Assembly (NCBI GenBank): GCA_050248855.1 | Contig: JBFWRP010000013.1 | Span: 49,797 to 113,796 of the forward strand | From: Planctomycetota bacterium | GTDB taxonomy: Bacteria > Planctomycetota > PLA2 > JAEUHO01 | Direction of reading: 5' to 3' | Length of the DNA stretch: 64,000 nt | Shown here: piece by piece, positions 50,247 to 59,653 of the stretch | Layout of the letters: the number at the start of each line of letters is the position of its first letter | Position numbering within the stretch: position 1 is the stretch's first letter | Made by a program: the position numbers and the translations under genes | Notes under the pieces: model-generated | The model's database searches: none | Told to the model about the DNA's origin: nothing | The model's input: only the letters and a program-made list of their open reading frames with translations

Positions 50247-51179
50247 GTGCGCGGCCTCTCGTCCATCGGTCTGCTGATGGCCCTTCTCGGGCTCTCTGCG
50301 TGCGGCGACCCGGCGAGCGCTCCGGCCGTGCACCCTGCGTGGGCCCAGCTCGCCCCCGCGCAGATCGCGGCCGCCGAGGAGCATGGCGTGCCCGCGGCAT
50401 TCGAGAACGAGCTGGGGATGCGCTTCGTGCTGATCCCCGCGGGCACCTTCGTCATGGGATCCCCGCCGAACGAGCCGGGGCGCGACGATCTCGAGACGGC
50501 GCACCGCGTGACGTTGACGCGTCCCTACTACGTCCAGACGACCGAGGTCACCAACCGCCAGTTCCGCGCCTTCCGCCCGGCTCACGACAGCCACGAGATC
50601 CGCGGCCAGTCCCTGGACGGGGACTCCCAGCCCGCCGTGCACGTGTCGTGGAACGACGCCGTGGCGTTCGCGGCTTGGCTGAGCCAGCGCGACCCCGCGC
50701 ACGCCTACCGCTTGCCCACCGAGGCGGAGTGGGAGCGCGCCTGTCGCGCGGACACGAAGACGCCGTACTGGTGGGGCGCGACCATCTCGCCGGCCCAAGC
50801 CCGCTACTACGACGGGCCGTACTCGGATGAGCGCCCCACGCGCGAGGAGTTCAGCGTGCCCGTGGATGCCGGCTCGCTCCCCGCCAACCCGTGGGGACTC
50901 CACGAGGTCCACGGCAACGTCCGCGAGTGGTGTCTGGACGCCTACGGCGACGCGCCCCACGACGCGGAGCCGACCGTCGATCCCATCGGGCGAGACGGCG
51001 AGCAGCGCCTGACGCGCGGCGGGGCGTTCGGCGAGGCGGCCTTCATGCTCAGGTCAGCCTGGCGCGTTGGCATCGAGGGCGACGACGAGGCCCGCTCGTA
51101 CGTCGGCCTCCGCCTCGTGGTGCCGGTAGACACCGGCGCTTCTGACCCCGCGTCCTCGGATGGACGCCCCGGCGGCTAG
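50247..51179 (+). CDS. FGE-sulfatase (SUMF1-like) domain lipoprotein
   Basis: Lipobox LSAC, FVLIPAGTFVMGS, EVTNRQF, YRLPTEAEWE and NPWGLHEVHGNVREW. Confidence 0.9.
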   Translation: MRGLSSIGLLMALLGLSACGDPASAPAVHPAWAQLAPAQIAAAEEHGVPAAFENELGMRFVLIPAGTFVMGSPPNEPGRDDLETAHRVTLTRPYYVQTTEVTNRQFRAFRPAHDSHEIRGQSLDGDSQPAVHVSWNDAVAFAAWLSQRDPAHAYRLPTEAEWERACRADTKTPYWWGATISPAQARYYDGPYSDERPTREEFSVPVDAGSLPANPWGLHEVHGNVREWCLDAYGDAPHDAEPTVDPIGRDGEQRLTRGGAFGEAAFMLRSAWRVGIEGDDEARSYVGLRLVVPVDTGASDPASSDGRPGG

Positions 51180-51282
51180 GGGGCCCGGCCGGCGGCATGC
51201 CGCCGCCTTCCGTATCGATGGGGCGACACCTGCCGAAATTTCGGCAAGCGATCGCCCCGGGGAACCCCCATGAATCAGGCCC

Positions 51283-51336
51283 CTCGGGGCGGCGGCGGCG
51301 GCGGGATACCGCCGCTTTTCGTATCGCTGGCGATAC
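51283..51336 (+). repeat. Structured 54-bp direct repeat, copy 2 (degenerate third copy at 51191-51229)
   Basis: Contains GCGGCGG-GATA-CCGCCGC-TTTT and GTATCGC-TG-GCGATAC hairpins. Confidence 0.9.
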
Positions 51337-51451
51337 ATGCATCGCGCTCGCGGCTCACGACCTCCCGGGGTCACTCCTCGCTTGTCCCACGACCGCGGTC
51401 GGTTATGACTTTGCGAGTCCCTCTCAAGAGAGGCGTAGCCCCGGGGTCGCG

Positions 51452-51532
51452 ATGGCCAAGAAGAAGCTGAAGAAGCATTGTTGCGACAAGCCGAAGCACA
51501 AGCGATGCGGCCGGTGCCCGCGAGGCAGCTAG
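51452..51532 (+). CDS. Putative 26-aa Lys/Cys-rich mini-protein
   Basis: MAKKKLKKHCCDKPKHKRCGRCPRGS. All Lys codons are AAG, which looks coding. A Fur-like box lies 25 nt upstream. Confidence 0.6.
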   Translation: MAKKKLKKHCCDKPKHKRCGRCPRGS

Positions 51533-51623
51533 CCGACAGGCCATCGCGCGCCTCGCACCGCGCGGATCCAAGCGCTTCGCCGCGTGACCGCTCGACCCGC
51601 GCGAGCGATAGCCTTGTGTGCCC

Positions 51624-52133
51624 ATGACCGTGCTCTTCACCCGCAAGGACTACGAGCGACTGCCCGAGGGCCTGCCGGTCGAGCTCTTGGACGGCCTGTT
51701 GGTCAAGCAGCCGTCGCCGCGTTGGGGCCACCAGCGCATCCAGAGCCGCATCCTGGCCGCGCTCGGCGAGCTCCTCGGGCCCGACGCGTTCGGGGCGGGA
51801 CCTGTCGATGTCCTCGTCGACGAGGTCAACGTCTTCGTCCCCGACATCGTGGTGCACGACACGCTTCCCGATGACGAGGCCCAGTACGTAGGCGTCCCGA
51901 CCGTGGTGTTCGAGATCCTCTCGCTTTCGACGGAGTCGCGCGACCGCGAGTACAAGGCCCGCCGCTACCTCGGCTTGGGCGTCAAGGAGGTGTGGCTGGT
52001 CGATCGCGCGGGACGGCGCATCGAGCTCGTCGACTTGGACGGGATCACGCCCGCGCTCGGCAGCCAAGCCGCCCGCTCACGGGTCATCGAGGGCTTCGAG
52101 CTGATCCCCGACCGGCTGTTCGCCACGCCATGA
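51624..52133 (+). CDS. Uma2/DUF820 family PD-(D/E)xK endonuclease-like protein
   Basis: YERLPEG, ELLDG, HQRI, PDIVV, EILS, DREYK...Y...GVKEVWLVD. Confidence 0.92.
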   Translation: MTVLFTRKDYERLPEGLPVELLDGLLVKQPSPRWGHQRIQSRILAALGELLGPDAFGAGPVDVLVDEVNVFVPDIVVHDTLPDDEAQYVGVPTVVFEILSLSTESRDREYKARRYLGLGVKEVWLVDRAGRRIELVDLDGITPALGSQAARSRVIEGFELIPDRLFATP

Positions 52134-52203
52134 GGCGTCCTCCGGGCCCGCCCCTCAACCCTGCGAATCGGGAGCGTCACTTCACGATGGCAAGGATGCC
52201 GCC

Positions 52204-52857
52204 ATGCGGATCTGCTGCATCTCCGACACGCACGGGCATCGCATCGACGTCCCCGACGGCGATGTCCTGATCCACGCAGGCGACCGGACCAACGTCGGCA
52301 CGCTCCGCCAAGTCGCTGCGGCCCACGCTTGGCTGGCTTCGCTCCCCCACCGGCACAAGATCGTCATCGCCGGCAACCACGACTTCGCCTTCGAGCGTGA
52401 GGCCGCCCAGGCACGGGCCCTCATGACCGGCGTCACCTACCTCGAGGACGAGCAGGTCGAGATCGAGGGGTTGCGCATCTACGGTTCGCCCTGGCAGCCC
52501 CGCTGCTTCGACTGGGCGTTCAACAAGGACCGCGGCGCCGACCTCCGCGAGGTGTGGGCACGCATCCCCGAGGACGTGGACATCCTCGTGACCTACGGCC
52601 CGCCCCACGGCATCCTCGATCGCGTCCACCGCGGCGAGCACGTAGGCTGCGAGGAGCTGCGCTGCGCCGTGCAGCGCGTGCGCCCGCGCCTGCACGTGTT
52701 CGGGCACATCCACGAGGCGTACGGTGAGCATGTCGAAGACGGCGTGCACTACGTGAACGCGAGCACCTGTACGCTCGAGTACGTCCCCTCCAACGCACCG
52801 GTCCTCGTCGAGCTCGCGCCGAGGGGCGGCCCACGCCCGCCGCCCCACCAGGCCTAG
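52204..52857 (+). CDS. Metallophosphoesterase (MPPED/239FB-like)
   Basis: ISDTH, HAGD, AGNHD and FGHIHE. Confidence 0.92.
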   Translation: MRICCISDTHGHRIDVPDGDVLIHAGDRTNVGTLRQVAAAHAWLASLPHRHKIVIAGNHDFAFEREAAQARALMTGVTYLEDEQVEIEGLRIYGSPWQPRCFDWAFNKDRGADLREVWARIPEDVDILVTYGPPHGILDRVHRGEHVGCEELRCAVQRVRPRLHVFGHIHEAYGEHVEDGVHYVNASTCTLEYVPSNAPVLVELAPRGGPRPPPHQA

Positions 52858-52902
52858 CGGCGCGCGCCACGGTCGCCCGAACGGGAGGATCCAACCTTGC
52901 AA

Positions 52903-52976
52903 GGGGATGCCGAGTGCGGGCACTTCACCTGAGTAATCCCCAATGGTGCATGGGAATCGCACGCACTCCGTACCCC
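52903..52976. repeat. Inverted-repeat element family, short degenerate copy A
   Basis: GGGGATGCCGAGTGCGGGCAC...CATGGGAATCGCACGCACTCCGTACCCC. Both arms resemble the arms of 62721-62858. Confidence 0.7.
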
Positions 52977-52977
52977 T

Positions 52978-53931
52978 TTACGCGTCCGACTCCAGCCCAA
53001 GGAGTGCGGCACGCGCCTTCGACTCTCCCGCATCCGCTGCGCGCTGGAACCAGGAGCGCGCCGCCCGCCGGTTGCGTCGTACGCCCTCTCCATCCCGGTA
53101 GCAGAGTCCTAAGAGGTAGCACGCCCACGAGTCATCCTGCTCGGCGGCGGCGCGATAGAGCCGCGCCGCCCTTCTCCGATCCTGGGGCACACCTTCTCCG
53201 TTGAACCAACGGACGCCTAGATCGCACTGCGACTCCGCATCGCCCTGGTCCGCGGCCAGGGTCAGCCACTTGACGGCGGCCCGATGGTTGGCCGGGTAGG
53301 CCTCGTGACCGTTGAAGATGCGTCCCAACCAATGCAGCGAGGCCACGTGATTGATGGCCGCGCCCTTGCGGTACCACGCAAGCGCCCGCGGCCAGCTCTG
53401 CTCGACGCCGTCGCCCATTCGGTACATGTGGCCGATGTTGCCCATCGCGGCCCCCCGGTAGGGCCCCTGACGCGCCGCCTTGCGATACCAGCGGAGGGCG
53501 GCACCCATGTCCTGGGCCACCCCTCGGCCTTCGAACTGGGCTACACCGAGGTTGAGCTGCGCGACCGAGCTGCCCAGCTTCGCCGCCGCCAAGAACCACT
53601 CGTAGGCCTCGCGATCGTTGCGAGGCACCCCGTCGCCATCGCGCAGCAGCTCGCCCAGGAAGTTGGCTGTCTCCGCGTGCCCCTGGGCCGCCGCCAAGCG
53701 CCACCAACGCACCGCCAAGTCCCGCCGCTTTGGACGTGCGTCAGAGTGGTAATGCCACCCAATCGCCGCCTGCGCTTCGACGTGCCCACCCTCTGCCGCC
53801 GCCCTCAACCAACCGAGACTGCCGCGAGCGTCCGGGAACCGCTGCCAGAGATCGTACGGCAGCCGCGCGTCGCCGCCCGCAACAGCGGAAGGCGCAGGTG
53901 AGCGTCGGGACTTGGAGGGGCGAGGCGACAT
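52978..53931 (-). CDS. Sel1-repeat protein
   Basis: About seven Sel1 repeats (AQLNLGVAQFEGRGVAQD, WYRKAA). Start approximate. Confidence 0.92.
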   Translation of the reverse strand: MSPRPSKSRRSPAPSAVAGGDARLPYDLWQRFPDARGSLGWLRAAAEGGHVEAQAAIGWHYHSDARPKRRDLAVRWWRLAAAQGHAETANFLGELLRDGDGVPRNDREAYEWFLAAAKLGSSVAQLNLGVAQFEGRGVAQDMGAALRWYRKAARQGPYRGAAMGNIGHMYRMGDGVEQSWPRALAWYRKGAAINHVASLHWLGRIFNGHEAYPANHRAAVKWLTLAADQGDAESQCDLGVRWFNGEGVPQDRRRAARLYRAAAEQDDSWACYLLGLCYRDGEGVRRNRRAARSWFQRAADAGESKARAALLGLESDA

Positions 53932-54033
53932 GAACGGCGATTCCGTAGAGGTTGTACGGGCCCGGGAAGCGGTCGGACAACCTCGACGGCGGCCAGCGCC
54001 CGGCGCCCGGCGGGGCCCGACTACGATTTCCCC

Positions 54034-54573
54034 ATGACGCGCAGGCGGCTCCTGATCGCGAGCTCTCTCGTTGCGGTGGCACTCTTTGGCCTCGCTACGT
54101 GCGGCGGGTGGCGCTTCGTGAAGACGAACGACTTCGGCGGGCAAGAGGACCTCGTGCTCGTAGAGGGCCTCAAGTCCGATATCTGGCTGTCACCTGCCGA
54201 GTCGTACGTGGGTCTCCCGCCCCTGATCAGCTTCACGACCCGCGGCGCACCCTTCTCCGTTCGCTTGCAGGTTTGGGACCGACAGTCTCGGTACAGAACG
54301 CTCCATGTCGACGTGGTGGAGGTCATCTACGCCGACGGCGAGACGATCCGGCGTGCGATCATCTGGTCAGCCCCCTTCCGGGACTGGGCGGGCGGCCTGT
54401 GCGTCACCTCCGAGGTTCCAGACGTCGTGACCCGGCACGTTGAGCATCGGCTGACGATCACGGGCCGCCTCGAGGAACTCGGCGGCGCCATGATCTCCTT
54501 CCAAGCGTCGGTGCCCTTCCGTCCGGCCCACCGCACGTGGGGAGGTCCAAACCTCTTCTACCTCGATGCGTAG
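54034..54573 (+). CDS. Hypothetical exported protein
   Basis: Signal/lipoprotein-like N-terminus (ALFGLATC). TACGAT lies 6 nt before the ATG. Confidence 0.65.
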   Translation: MTRRRLLIASSLVAVALFGLATCGGWRFVKTNDFGGQEDLVLVEGLKSDIWLSPAESYVGLPPLISFTTRGAPFSVRLQVWDRQSRYRTLHVDVVEVIYADGETIRRAIIWSAPFRDWAGGLCVTSEVPDVVTRHVEHRLTITGRLEELGGAMISFQASVPFRPAHRTWGGPNLFYLDA

Positions 54574-54618
54574 GCGGACTGTCCGCACCGCGGAGTCTGT
54601 CCGCCTTGGACTCATCGG

Positions 54619-55120
54619 ATGAACCTGCAGAAGGGAACCCAGGTCGTGCTCCGCACCGCCGTCCCGGCGGCAGCAGGCGTCCTCCCACCTGGCACCGTAG
54701 CCCAAGTCGTCGCTACTCCCATTGCCCCTGACGTCAGCTATCGGTTGCGTTTCGTCGACGGCCACGAAGACACCGTGCATCGCAGCGAGTTCGACCTGCC
54801 TGCCCAGGTGAAGGCCGACGACTTGTCCGGCCTGCCACCTGGCGTCTCGCGCCGCGGACTTCGCGCCCACGCGATCTACCAGTGCGTCATCGGCTCCCGC
54901 GCGTACGGCCTCGACATGGAGGACTCCGATACGGATCGCCGAGGGATCTACCAGGCTCCCACCGATCTCGTGCTGTCGCTCTACGAACCGCCTGCGCAGC
55001 TCGAAGACAGCGCCGCGCAGGAGTGCTTCTGGGAGCTCAGGTAGTTCCTGCTGCTCGTCCTCAAGGCCAACCCCAACGTGCTCGAGGTGCTCTACAGCCC
55101 GATCGTCGAAGTGGCCACGC
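54619..55120 (+). pseudogene. Inactivated Pol-beta-superfamily nucleotidyltransferase (YcgL/RlaP-like)
   Basis: GSRAYGL...SDTDRRG motif. An in-frame TAG at 55042 interrupts CFWELR*FLLLVLKANPNVLEVLYSP. Family similarity ends near 55120, so the C-terminal half is missing. Confidence 0.8.
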
Positions 55121-55203
55121 GCGCTACGACGCCTACGACAAGCGAGGGGCTGGCGTCAGAGGCCCGCATGCGTCAGTCTCCGCGTAGGTCGTCCGGACAC
55201 GAA

Positions 55204-55235
55204 GACAGCCCGGCCGCGGGAGCGGCCGGGCTGTC
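55204..55235. terminator. Hairpin between convergent genes
   Basis: GACAGCCCGGCCGC-GGGA-GCGGCCGGGCTGTC, a 14-bp perfect stem. Confidence 0.65.
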
Positions 55236-55268
55236 GGGCGTGGCAAGCGACCGATGGAGGGGAGGGTC

Positions 55269-55616
55269 TCACTCCAGCGTGAGCGTGTAGAGGTTCGCGA
55301 CGCGGCCAAGGTTTCGGATCCTCAGCTCGAACGGCCCGCTCCAGCGCGGGCGCACTCGCAGCACGCAGTAGTCGGTCTCGTCGTCGTCCTTCGCGACCAA
55401 GTTGCCGTTCTCGTCGTAGAGGAACGCGTCAAGATCGGTGTCTCCGTCACCGTCCACGGTGATCTGGTAGGAACGACCCCCTTCGAGGGTCATCGAGTAG
55501 GTGTCCGTGCCACGAGCTCGAATCACATCCGAATGCGAGTCGAGGGTCGCGGCGTGGGCGGGCGAGCCGCTGAAGACGATCAGGACGGCAAGGACGATCA
55601 TCAGCTTCTTGGACAT
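55269..55616 (-). CDS. Small secreted PPC-like (pre-peptidase C-terminal) domain protein
   Basis: GAGGAG RBS, signal peptide ending AHA, and GDGDTDLDAFLYDENGNLVAKDD. Confidence 0.85.
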   Translation of the reverse strand: MSKKLMIVLAVLIVFSGSPAHAATLDSHSDVIRARGTDTYSMTLEGGRSYQITVDGDGDTDLDAFLYDENGNLVAKDDDETDYCVLRVRPRWSGPFELRIRNLGRVANLYTLTLE

Positions 55617-55784
55617 GGCGAAGGCTCCTCGTTGGGGGCGCGCGTGCTGCGCGCCGCGTTCAACAGGGCATTCGTCACTCGGGCTCGGCCCGTAACACCC
55701 ACGCACTGAATCTTCTGGGTGTCCTGCGGAGCTCCTCGAACCGGGCCGGGAGCGGCGGCGGCCACTCCCGGCTGGGAGGTCGTT

Positions 55785-58451
55785 CTACCGGGCGCGCTCG
55801 ATGTCCCGAGCAGGGCGCCAGCCGGTCTCGCGCTCCTGGTAGGTCGACGAAGACCAGCCACGAACGCCGATGCGCGTGGCCTCTGCCGTCGTCGCCCAGG
55901 ATCCTCCGCGTCGCATGGCCCTGGGCGCCTCGGGCGCCGCTGGCCGGCCGGGCGGATCCACGACGGCTTCAGCGGGGTACGTGCCGGCGCCGTGGTGGTC
56001 TTGCACCCACTCCCAGACGTTCCCCAGCATGTCGTAGAGCCCCAATCGGTTCGGTGCCAGGGACCCGACGGGGGCCGTCACACCAAACCCATCGTTCACC
56101 GGGGAGAATCTGCGGGGGTCAGAGATCTTCTCGGACTCTTGGCGGGCCACGTCACTGATGTTCGCCATCTCTACGAGGCGCCCTATCTGGGTTCCTCGTG
56201 CCCAGGCGCTGGCGAGCTCTTCGTCGAGGCCCGTGCGAGCCGCGTACTCCCACTCCACTTCAAGCGGCAAGCGTAGCCCGTAGCGCTCGGACCACCTCAC
56301 GCAGTCCCGATACGACACGCTCTCGACGGGGTGCCGCTTGGTGTAGCGGTTGCCTCTGTAGTCGTGACCGCTGGGAACTTCGCCTTCCGTCAGGGTCTCC
56401 CACTGTCCCTGCGTGCACTCGAACTTCGCCAAGAAGCACGGCGGACGCGTGAAGCGGACCTGGTGCACGGGCTGTTCACCCCCGCCTGAGGCTGCGTCGT
56501 AGTTTCGACCGGCCTCGTCGTCTGCCTGGGCGCCCATCCAGAAGTTGCCCGCGGGCAGCAGGACGAACACCATGGCCATGTCGTCGTCGAGTACGAGCAT
56601 CCCGTCTTCGGCGCGCGGTGGAACGGTACCCGAAGGAAGGAAGGCGAATTCCTCAAGTCCGGAGCGCGGATCCGGCCCCAGAGGCACGAGGCCCAGCTGG
56701 GGAGACAAGTCGAACCCGGCGAAGCGGCGATCCTCGCGCAAGCGACGCGTGACCTCGCGCCATGCATCGGCGTGGGTCAACGACGTGTCCATGGTACCAG
56801 CTCGCTCGAGTCGCGTCCGGACACGCTCGCTGGCTCCGCCGGCGCGTCCCAGCAGCTCGACCTGTTCCAAGAGTGTCGTCATGATGTCCACTTGCAGGGC
56901 GGCCCGCGCATCCGACGGCGCCTCGAGCGTGAGCTGCTCGAGATCGGCACGGTGGGTGTCACTCTCTTCTTGGAAGCGGTCGAATCGAGCCAGCCAGTCC
57001 TGCAAGGACGGGACTCGATTGGGATGCAGCGGCCAAAGCTTGGGGACTTCTGCCACGAGCCTCTGCACACTTCGCGACGCCGAGAGTCGTCGCGCCACGG
57101 TAGCTTCTGCCTCACGGCCTCGCCATGCGTCGAACAGGGCAAGGCCCAGGCCGGCCAAGACGACGGCACCGACCGCCAAGAGCCTGCGCGCGGTACGTCG
57201 ACGCGCCGAGCGTTCGCGCTGCTGAATGCCCTGCTCGCGAAGCAGGCTCGCCCGCTCTCGGAGACCCAGGGCGACAGAGGCACCTGCTTCAAGTTGCTCC
57301 AGCTGACTACAGACGCTGGTCACCTCGTCCAGGCGCTGCAGCAGGGGCGCCCCAGCGAGTTGCTCGCAGGCCACCAAGCCGGCAGCCGCGCGTTCACGAA
57401 GGTCCTCGACCCGGCGCTCCTGATCCGAGCGAACCTGCCATGCGCGCAGGCTCTCGACCCAGGCCTCGATCGAGCTCGGGCGATCCGCCGGGCGCCGCTC
57501 CAAGGCCTGTCCGCAGATCGTGGCGAGCCCTTGGGGGACCGCCGCGTCGACATCGCTCGCCAGGGGCGCGGGTTCGGCAACCACGCGCGCCACGAGCTCC
57601 CGGAAGCTCTTGGCCTCGAACGGACGTTGGCCGGTCAGGATCTCGAACAGCAGGACGCCGAGGCTGTACAGATCACTGCGTTCATCGATGGGACCCAGAT
57701 CAGGGACCGCCATTTCGGGAGCCATGTAGCCGGGAGTCCCGATGGCCCCCTGCGTCATGTGGGCCTCGGGTGTGCCTTGGAACGTCTCGACGCCCTCCTG
57801 CCACCGACTCGCGCCGAGGTCGTCCATCTCCTGCAATCGCGCAAGACCCCAGTCGATCACCACGACCTCGCCGTAGGTGCCGAGCACGATGTTCTCCGGC
57901 TTCAGATCCCGGTGCAGGACGCGCTTGGAGTGGGCGTAACGAATGGTGTCGCAGACCTTCAAGAAGGGCTCGAGCAACGCCAGGCGCTGCTCGATGCTCG
58001 CTCCCCGAACATCGTCCAGCGCTTTGGCTAGGGTCTGCCTGCCCCGTAGGAAGCGCATCGTGTAGTAGGGAACGCCTGCCGACGTCTGTCCCAGCTCGTA
58101 CACGGGAACGATACCCGGGTGCTCCAGGCCACCCGTGATCCACGCCTCCTGGAGGAACCGCGACCGCAAGTGCTCGAAGGCCGCGGAGGCTGGGGTGTCC
58201 GCGGGCGGCGGCCGCATTTGCAAAGGTTCGCTCGGCGGCCCCGACACATCGTGCGGGTCGGTTACGTCAGCGCGAATGATCTTGAACGCGATCTCACGAT
58301 GCATCTCGGTGTCGAGGGCGCGGTAGACAGCGCCCATGCCCCCGAGGCCGGCGGGCACGAAGTCTCGGTAGCGGCCCGGGTGGGCGGTCTCGAGGCGCAC
58401 GGGCTCGCTCGCGTGCCCACCCCGCTGCGAGTGTTGGTCGTGATCGTCCAT
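55785..58451 (-). CDS. Ser/Thr protein kinase fused through a TM segment to a C-terminal FGE-sulfatase domain
   Basis: GLGGMGAVY, IAFK, HRDLKPEN, IDWGLA and GTPGYMAPE; a TM segment; then RLPLEVEWEYAAR and NRLGLYDMLGNVWEW. Confidence 0.93.
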   Translation of the reverse strand: MDDHDQHSQRGGHASEPVRLETAHPGRYRDFVPAGLGGMGAVYRALDTEMHREIAFKIIRADVTDPHDVSGPPSEPLQMRPPPADTPASAAFEHLRSRFLQEAWITGGLEHPGIVPVYELGQTSAGVPYYTMRFLRGRQTLAKALDDVRGASIEQRLALLEPFLKVCDTIRYAHSKRVLHRDLKPENIVLGTYGEVVVIDWGLARLQEMDDLGASRWQEGVETFQGTPEAHMTQGAIGTPGYMAPEMAVPDLGPIDERSDLYSLGVLLFEILTGQRPFEAKSFRELVARVVAEPAPLASDVDAAVPQGLATICGQALERRPADRPSSIEAWVESLRAWQVRSDQERRVEDLRERAAAGLVACEQLAGAPLLQRLDEVTSVCSQLEQLEAGASVALGLRERASLLREQGIQQRERSARRRTARRLLAVGAVVLAGLGLALFDAWRGREAEATVARRLSASRSVQRLVAEVPKLWPLHPNRVPSLQDWLARFDRFQEESDTHRADLEQLTLEAPSDARAALQVDIMTTLLEQVELLGRAGGASERVRTRLERAGTMDTSLTHADAWREVTRRLREDRRFAGFDLSPQLGLVPLGPDPRSGLEEFAFLPSGTVPPRAEDGMLVLDDDMAMVFVLLPAGNFWMGAQADDEAGRNYDAASGGGEQPVHQVRFTRPPCFLAKFECTQGQWETLTEGEVPSGHDYRGNRYTKRHPVESVSYRDCVRWSERYGLRLPLEVEWEYAARTGLDEELASAWARGTQIGRLVEMANISDVARQESEKISDPRRFSPVNDGFGVTAPVGSLAPNRLGLYDMLGNVWEWVQDHHGAGTYPAEAVVDPPGRPAAPEAPRAMRRGGSWATTAEATRIGVRGWSSSTYQERETGWRPARDIERAR

Positions 58452-58499
58452 GTCGAGGCCCTTCCACCGCACGGGCTGCCTGCGTTCGAGGAAGCGAGC

Positions 58500-59249
58500 T
58501 CAGCTCGCGTTGCCCATCCCGAAGAACGACGGATTCTTGACTGGATCCAGGTAGGGCCCGAGCCAGGGGAGCAGCGCGGCTCGTTCCTCCTCGAGGTCGT
58601 CCGGACGCAAGAGGGATTCCTTCATCTCCGACCACAAGGCCTCTGCGAACCGTGTTCGTGCCCGTCTCAAGTGCTCACGCATGCTCGTGGTCGCGACGCC
58701 GGCAATCATGGCGAGCTCGCCCGCATCCGCCACGCCCTGGATGCAGGCGGCCTCGACAAGGCGCGCGCTTGCCGCGCTCCGACCGCGAACTCGCTCGATT
58801 GCGGCGCGCACCAGGCACTTGGCCCACTCGGCACGCAGAAGGGTGTCTAGCGCCTGCTCGTCGTAGCTTGGCTCGAGAGCGTCCCCGGGGTCGAGCGACA
58901 TGGCGAGGCCTCCTTCGGGGCGACGTCGCTTACGGGAATGCCACCGGACGTAGTCCAACGCGTGGCTGCGCAATCGTGTGAAGATGAACCCGCGGAACGT
59001 GCCGCGGTTCGGATCGACCTGCTCAAGCCATCCCTTCTCGAGGCAGGCGGCCAAGAAGCCTTGCACGACGTCTTCCGCCTCACCAGGCGAGACGCTCGAA
59101 GTCCGCTTCAAGATGCCGCGGACGAAGGTGACCAGGGCAGGCTGATACACATCGACGAGGTGTCGCCACGCCTCCTCCTGCGATCCGGCTTCGGCATCTC
59201 TCGACAGGGCCCTGACGTGGCCCCACATGGTAGGTCCAAGCTCCGCCAC
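58500..59249 (-). CDS. ECF sigma factor (STK-associated type)
   Basis: GPTMWGHV, AWRHLVDVY, EAEDVVQGF, DPNRGTFRGF and LRRARTRF. Directly upstream of the kinase. Confidence 0.88.
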   Translation of the reverse strand: MAELGPTMWGHVRALSRDAEAGSQEEAWRHLVDVYQPALVTFVRGILKRTSSVSPGEAEDVVQGFLAACLEKGWLEQVDPNRGTFRGFIFTRLRSHALDYVRWHSRKRRRPEGGLAMSLDPGDALEPSYDEQALDTLLRAEWAKCLVRAAIERVRGRSAASARLVEAACIQGVADAGELAMIAGVATTSMREHLRRARTRFAEALWSEMKESLLRPDDLEEERAALLPWLGPYLDPVKNPSFFGMGNAS

Positions 59250-59344
59250 GCGCTTCCCCCCTCTCCGACGTCCTGCGCGACGAGACTAGCGAGGGTTCCC
59301 CGACGGGTCGAGAGCTCCTCCGAGAAACGCGCGTTCGGGACACT

Positions 59345-59458
59345 GGGTTGCGGAGCGCGGGTAACTCTCATGAACTACTGGTCCGGCCCGGCGGGTCACG
59401 CTGCAGACGGCGTTCACTCACCTCGTTGAGCCATGGGAATGGCCCGCACCCAGTACCC
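59345..59458. repeat. Inverted-repeat element family, copy B
   Basis: Shares AACTCTCATGAACTACTGGTC.GGCCCGGCG...TCACGCTGCAGAC.GCGT and CATGGGAA..GCCCGCAC.CAGTACCC with copy C. Confidence 0.9.
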
Positions 59459-59653
59459 GGGCTAGCGCGTGTGCCCGCCCTCTCCCGGAAGATGCGGAGT
59501 CGGGCGACGTCGCTGCGCAGGCGTTCCCCGATGCACGCAGCGGCCCGGATCATCGTGCCCGGCCGACGAGATGGGACGGCTTGGACCTCCCACGCAACTC
59601 CGGGTTGCAACGCGATGTCCCGGCTCTGTGCGTTCGCCTCTGTACGCTCCGGG

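Noticed and set aside
55042..55044. TAG read-through (pyrrolysine or recoding) in the nucleotidyltransferase
   Set aside because: The gene is also truncated about 25 codons later, and TAG is a normal stop in many genes here. A nonsense mutation is simpler.
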